Assembly (NCBI GenBank): GCA_038245905.1
Contig: JBBRRY010000001.1
Span: 160,001 to 224,000, forward strand
Reading direction: 5' to 3'
DNA length: 64,000 nucleotides
Origin: Thermoanaerobaculia bacterium
Lineage (GTDB): Bacteria; Acidobacteriota; Thermoanaerobaculia; UBA5066
Shown here one piece after another: positions 58,243 through 64,000 of the stretch. The translations under genes and the position numbers were made by a program. Positions within the stretch are counted from its first letter, which is position 1. Each line of letters begins with the position of its first letter. Below the pieces are notes generated by a model. That model had not been told where the DNA came from. It was given only the letters and a program-made list of their open reading frames with translations, and ran no database searches.

Positions 58243-60555
58243 GTGCTCTCGCGCTTGAATCGCTACGTCTTCCTGGAAGTAGCCGGTCCCACGGTCATAG
58301 GCTTCCTCGCGTACACCGGCTTCATGGCGGTACGAGGGCTGGTGCAGTTTTCCGAGCTCCTCGTCCAGAGCGAGCGCCCGTTCGCCGAAGCAGGTCTCGT
58401 GGTAGCGCTCTCGCTCCCGCACATCGTGGTTCTCACGCTGCCCGTCGCGTTCCTTCTCGGACTCCTCATCGGCATCGGCCGCCTCTCGGCTGACTCCGAG
58501 CTGACTGCCCTTCGAGCCTCGGGCGTCGATCTTCTCGTGCTCTATCGCCCGATCGGGGTGCTCGCGACCGTCACTGCCGGCGTGACCCTCGTCCTGATGC
58601 TCACCGTCGTCCCCCGCACGAATCACCTTCTGTATGCCATGAAGCTTCGCCTCTCGAGCTTTGCATTCGCCCAGAGAATCCAGCCGGGCGTGTTCAGCCC
58701 GGAGATCGCCGGCTTGCGCGTCTACGCCGAAGGGGCGTCTCCGGACCGGCGCGAGCTCACCGGGCTCATTATCTCGGACCGTTCCAATCCCGAAGGGGCT
58801 GAGTTGACGCTCGCGCGGCGCGGCTGGCTCGAGCTCGAGGAGGAGCAGGGCCGCTTGTGGCTCCGGGTAGAGGACGCGGAGCGGCACCACCTCTCGGAGG
58901 ACGGGCGGCGATACGACGTCACCTCGTTCTCCCGGCAGCGCATGGTCCTGCAAGACAACGGACCGACCCTTGGCGTCTCCGAAAAGCAGATCCGGGAGCA
59001 GACCCTCCGCGAGCTGCTGGACCGAGCCTCCGCCCGGGCGCGCCGCCCCGAGGACCGGCGACTCGCCCTCACCGAGGTCCACAAGAAGTTCGCGCTCCCG
59101 GCAGCCTGCCTCGTCTTCGGTCTGATCGGGCTCCCCCTCGGAATCGTCAACCGGCGAGGCGGCCGCGCGGCCGGGTTTGCGGTGTCGATCGGGATCGTGC
59201 TCTTCTACTACGCTCTCCTCGCCACGGGCGAGGCCCGCGCCATCGAAGGCCGCATGTCGCCCGCTCTCGCCATGTGGTTGCCAAACCTCCTGCTTCTCGG
59301 CTTCGGCGCATACGCCCTGGCTCGCGTGCGGCGCGACAAGAGCATCGTCGCCCTCCCCTTCAGGACGTCGCTCGTCGCCACCCGTGCCGAGATCTTGGGC
59401 CCCGGCTCGATCGCCGCCTCCGCTCCGATCGAACGCCCAGTCGCGACGCCCGGCCGCCGCGCTTCCCTGCCGGGCCTCCTTCTCGTTGACCGTTACATCG
59501 CAAGGCGATTTCTCGGCGTCTTCGTTCTCGTCGTGGCCTCGATCGCGACTCTGTACATGCTGATCGACTACCTCGAGATTTCAGACGACATCGCGCGCCA
59601 TCGGCCACCGACGTCCTTGATCCTCCGTTACGTCCAGGCTTCGCTCTCCCCCATCGTTCTGGCCATCGTGCCGTTCGCCTTCCTCGTCGCGGCCCTCGTC
59701 ACGGTTGCGAGCCTCGTGCGCTCGGCCGAGACGACCGCTCTCCTGGCGCACGGCGTTTCTCTCTACCGGACGACGGCCCCGATTCTCGTCCTCGCCGTGA
59801 TCGCAGGAGGCCTCCTCTTCCTCTTCGCCGAGCGCATCGTCCCGACGGCCGCCTCCGAAGCCGATCGACTCAGGTTCCTGTTGAAGGGACAGACGCCACC
59901 TGCAAGCAACGCCGGCGGTGTCTGGTTCCGCGGCGACGCGGGGCGTTTCTATTCCGCGGACGCCTACGACCCCGCGTCGCGCATCGCCGTCGGCGTGACG
60001 GTCTTTCAGATCGATCCGTCGACCTGGAGGCTTGTCTCCCGTCACGACGCGGCACGGGCACGCCTCGCCCCTGGGAAAGGCCTCCTCGCGGAGGACGGGT
60101 GGATCCGTACGTTCACCGAGGGCCATACTCTCGCCATCCGGCGCGACGGCCCGTTCTTCATCGATTCTCCCGAATCCGCGGCCGGATTCGTCTCTGGCCG
60201 GGCGGACCCACGCCAGATGACCTACCGCGAGCTGGCGCGCTTCATCGAGGTGCGGCGCCGGGCGGGTGCCGACACGGCGATGCTCGCGACCGGGCTGCAC
60301 CAGAAGACCGCTGGGGCGGCTTCCGCACTTCTCCTGACACTCGTCGGGCTTCCCTTCGCGTTCGCGTACGGAAAGCGAGGCGCCGTCGCGGGCGTCGGCA
60401 TCGCGCTGTTCCTTGGCCTGACCTACCTGTTCCTGTCCGCGCTCCTCGTTTCGTTCGGCGAGCAGGGAGCCATTCCACCCCTCATCGCGGCATGGGCGCC
60501 GAACGTGTTCTTCGGGCTCGGGGCGGCGTGGGGGCTTTTGGGGGTCAGGACGTAA
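58243..60555 (+). CDS. fused LptF-LptG LPS export permease (start 58216 or 58243)
   Basis: Two YjgP/YjgQ halves: GRLSADSELTALRASG..MWLPN and DRYI..SAETTALLAHG..AWAPN. Confidence 0.9.
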   Translation: MLSRLNRYVFLEVAGPTVIGFLAYTGFMAVRGLVQFSELLVQSERPFAEAGLVVALSLPHIVVLTLPVAFLLGLLIGIGRLSADSELTALRASGVDLLVLYRPIGVLATVTAGVTLVLMLTVVPRTNHLLYAMKLRLSSFAFAQRIQPGVFSPEIAGLRVYAEGASPDRRELTGLIISDRSNPEGAELTLARRGWLELEEEQGRLWLRVEDAERHHLSEDGRRYDVTSFSRQRMVLQDNGPTLGVSEKQIREQTLRELLDRASARARRPEDRRLALTEVHKKFALPAACLVFGLIGLPLGIVNRRGGRAAGFAVSIGIVLFYYALLATGEARAIEGRMSPALAMWLPNLLLLGFGAYALARVRRDKSIVALPFRTSLVATRAEILGPGSIAASAPIERPVATPGRRASLPGLLLVDRYIARRFLGVFVLVVASIATLYMLIDYLEISDDIARHRPPTSLILRYVQASLSPIVLAIVPFAFLVAALVTVASLVRSAETTALLAHGVSLYRTTAPILVLAVIAGGLLFLFAERIVPTAASEADRLRFLLKGQTPPASNAGGVWFRGDAGRFYSADAYDPASRIAVGVTVFQIDPSTWRLVSRHDAARARLAPGKGLLAEDGWIRTFTEGHTLAIRRDGPFFIDSPESAAGFVSGRADPRQMTYRELARFIEVRRRAGADTAMLATGLHQKTAGAASALLLTLVGLPFAFAYGKRGAVAGVGIALFLGLTYLFLSALLVSFGEQGAIPPLIAAWAPNVFFGLGAAWGLLGVRT

Positions 60556-60620
60556 AGAGGATTTTCTTAGAAGGTGCCCGTGCTCCCGACCACTCTTCCC
60601 TTCTAAGAAATCCTCCTCTT
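60555..60620. repeat. inverted pair of the dispersed TTCTWAGAA motif between convergent genes
   Basis: GGATTTTCTTAGAAGG (60559) ... CCTTCTAAGAAATCC (60599). Confidence 0.85.
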
Positions 60621-60630
60621 CGTCTTCGTC

Positions 60631-64000
<3,370 letters not shown>

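Noticed and set aside
60555-60620. Simple bidirectional intrinsic terminator
   Set aside because: Long loop, AT-rich stem and no U-tracts, and the same motif occurs inside genes; a termination role is not excluded but does not explain it.

Overview
A 64-kb high-GC chromosomal window of mostly housekeeping genes. Gene order and domain content resemble Acidobacteriota (Thermoanaerobaculia-like); this is an inference. Recognisable genes: coaD, pabB/pabC-like, uvrC, rnpB, recG, trpS-scpA-scpB-rluB-cmk-rpsA-sppA-ihfB, lpxB-msbA, yicC-gmk-rpoZ-udg-priA, accA-recJ-lptC/A-lptB-rpoN-hpf-hprK-rapZ-PTS, miaB-DUF151-parA-parB, fused lptFG, and ahcY-sahR-like-metK. The main unannotated signals are three. 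(1) A 28-bp XerC/XerD dif site at 58171-58198 marks this as the replication terminus. (2) A parA-parB pair ends only ~160 bp from dif, with no canonical parS visible. (3) A dispersed AT-rich ~20-bp motif (consensus GAAGATTTCTTAGAAGGTGAAGA, core TTCTWAGAA) occurs ~17 times, mostly as convergent inverted pairs, including inside coding sequences where it overrides codon bias; it is densest around parAB/dif. Together these suggest a candidate terminus-organising or segregation system (hypothesis). Also present: a small accessory island (ECF-like sigma, frameshifted secreted gluzincin, lipoprotein plus deleted paralog), apparent CTG/ACG starts for recG, priA and ihfB, and a cluster of broken genes at 17-19.5 kb. 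All motif counts are by eye.
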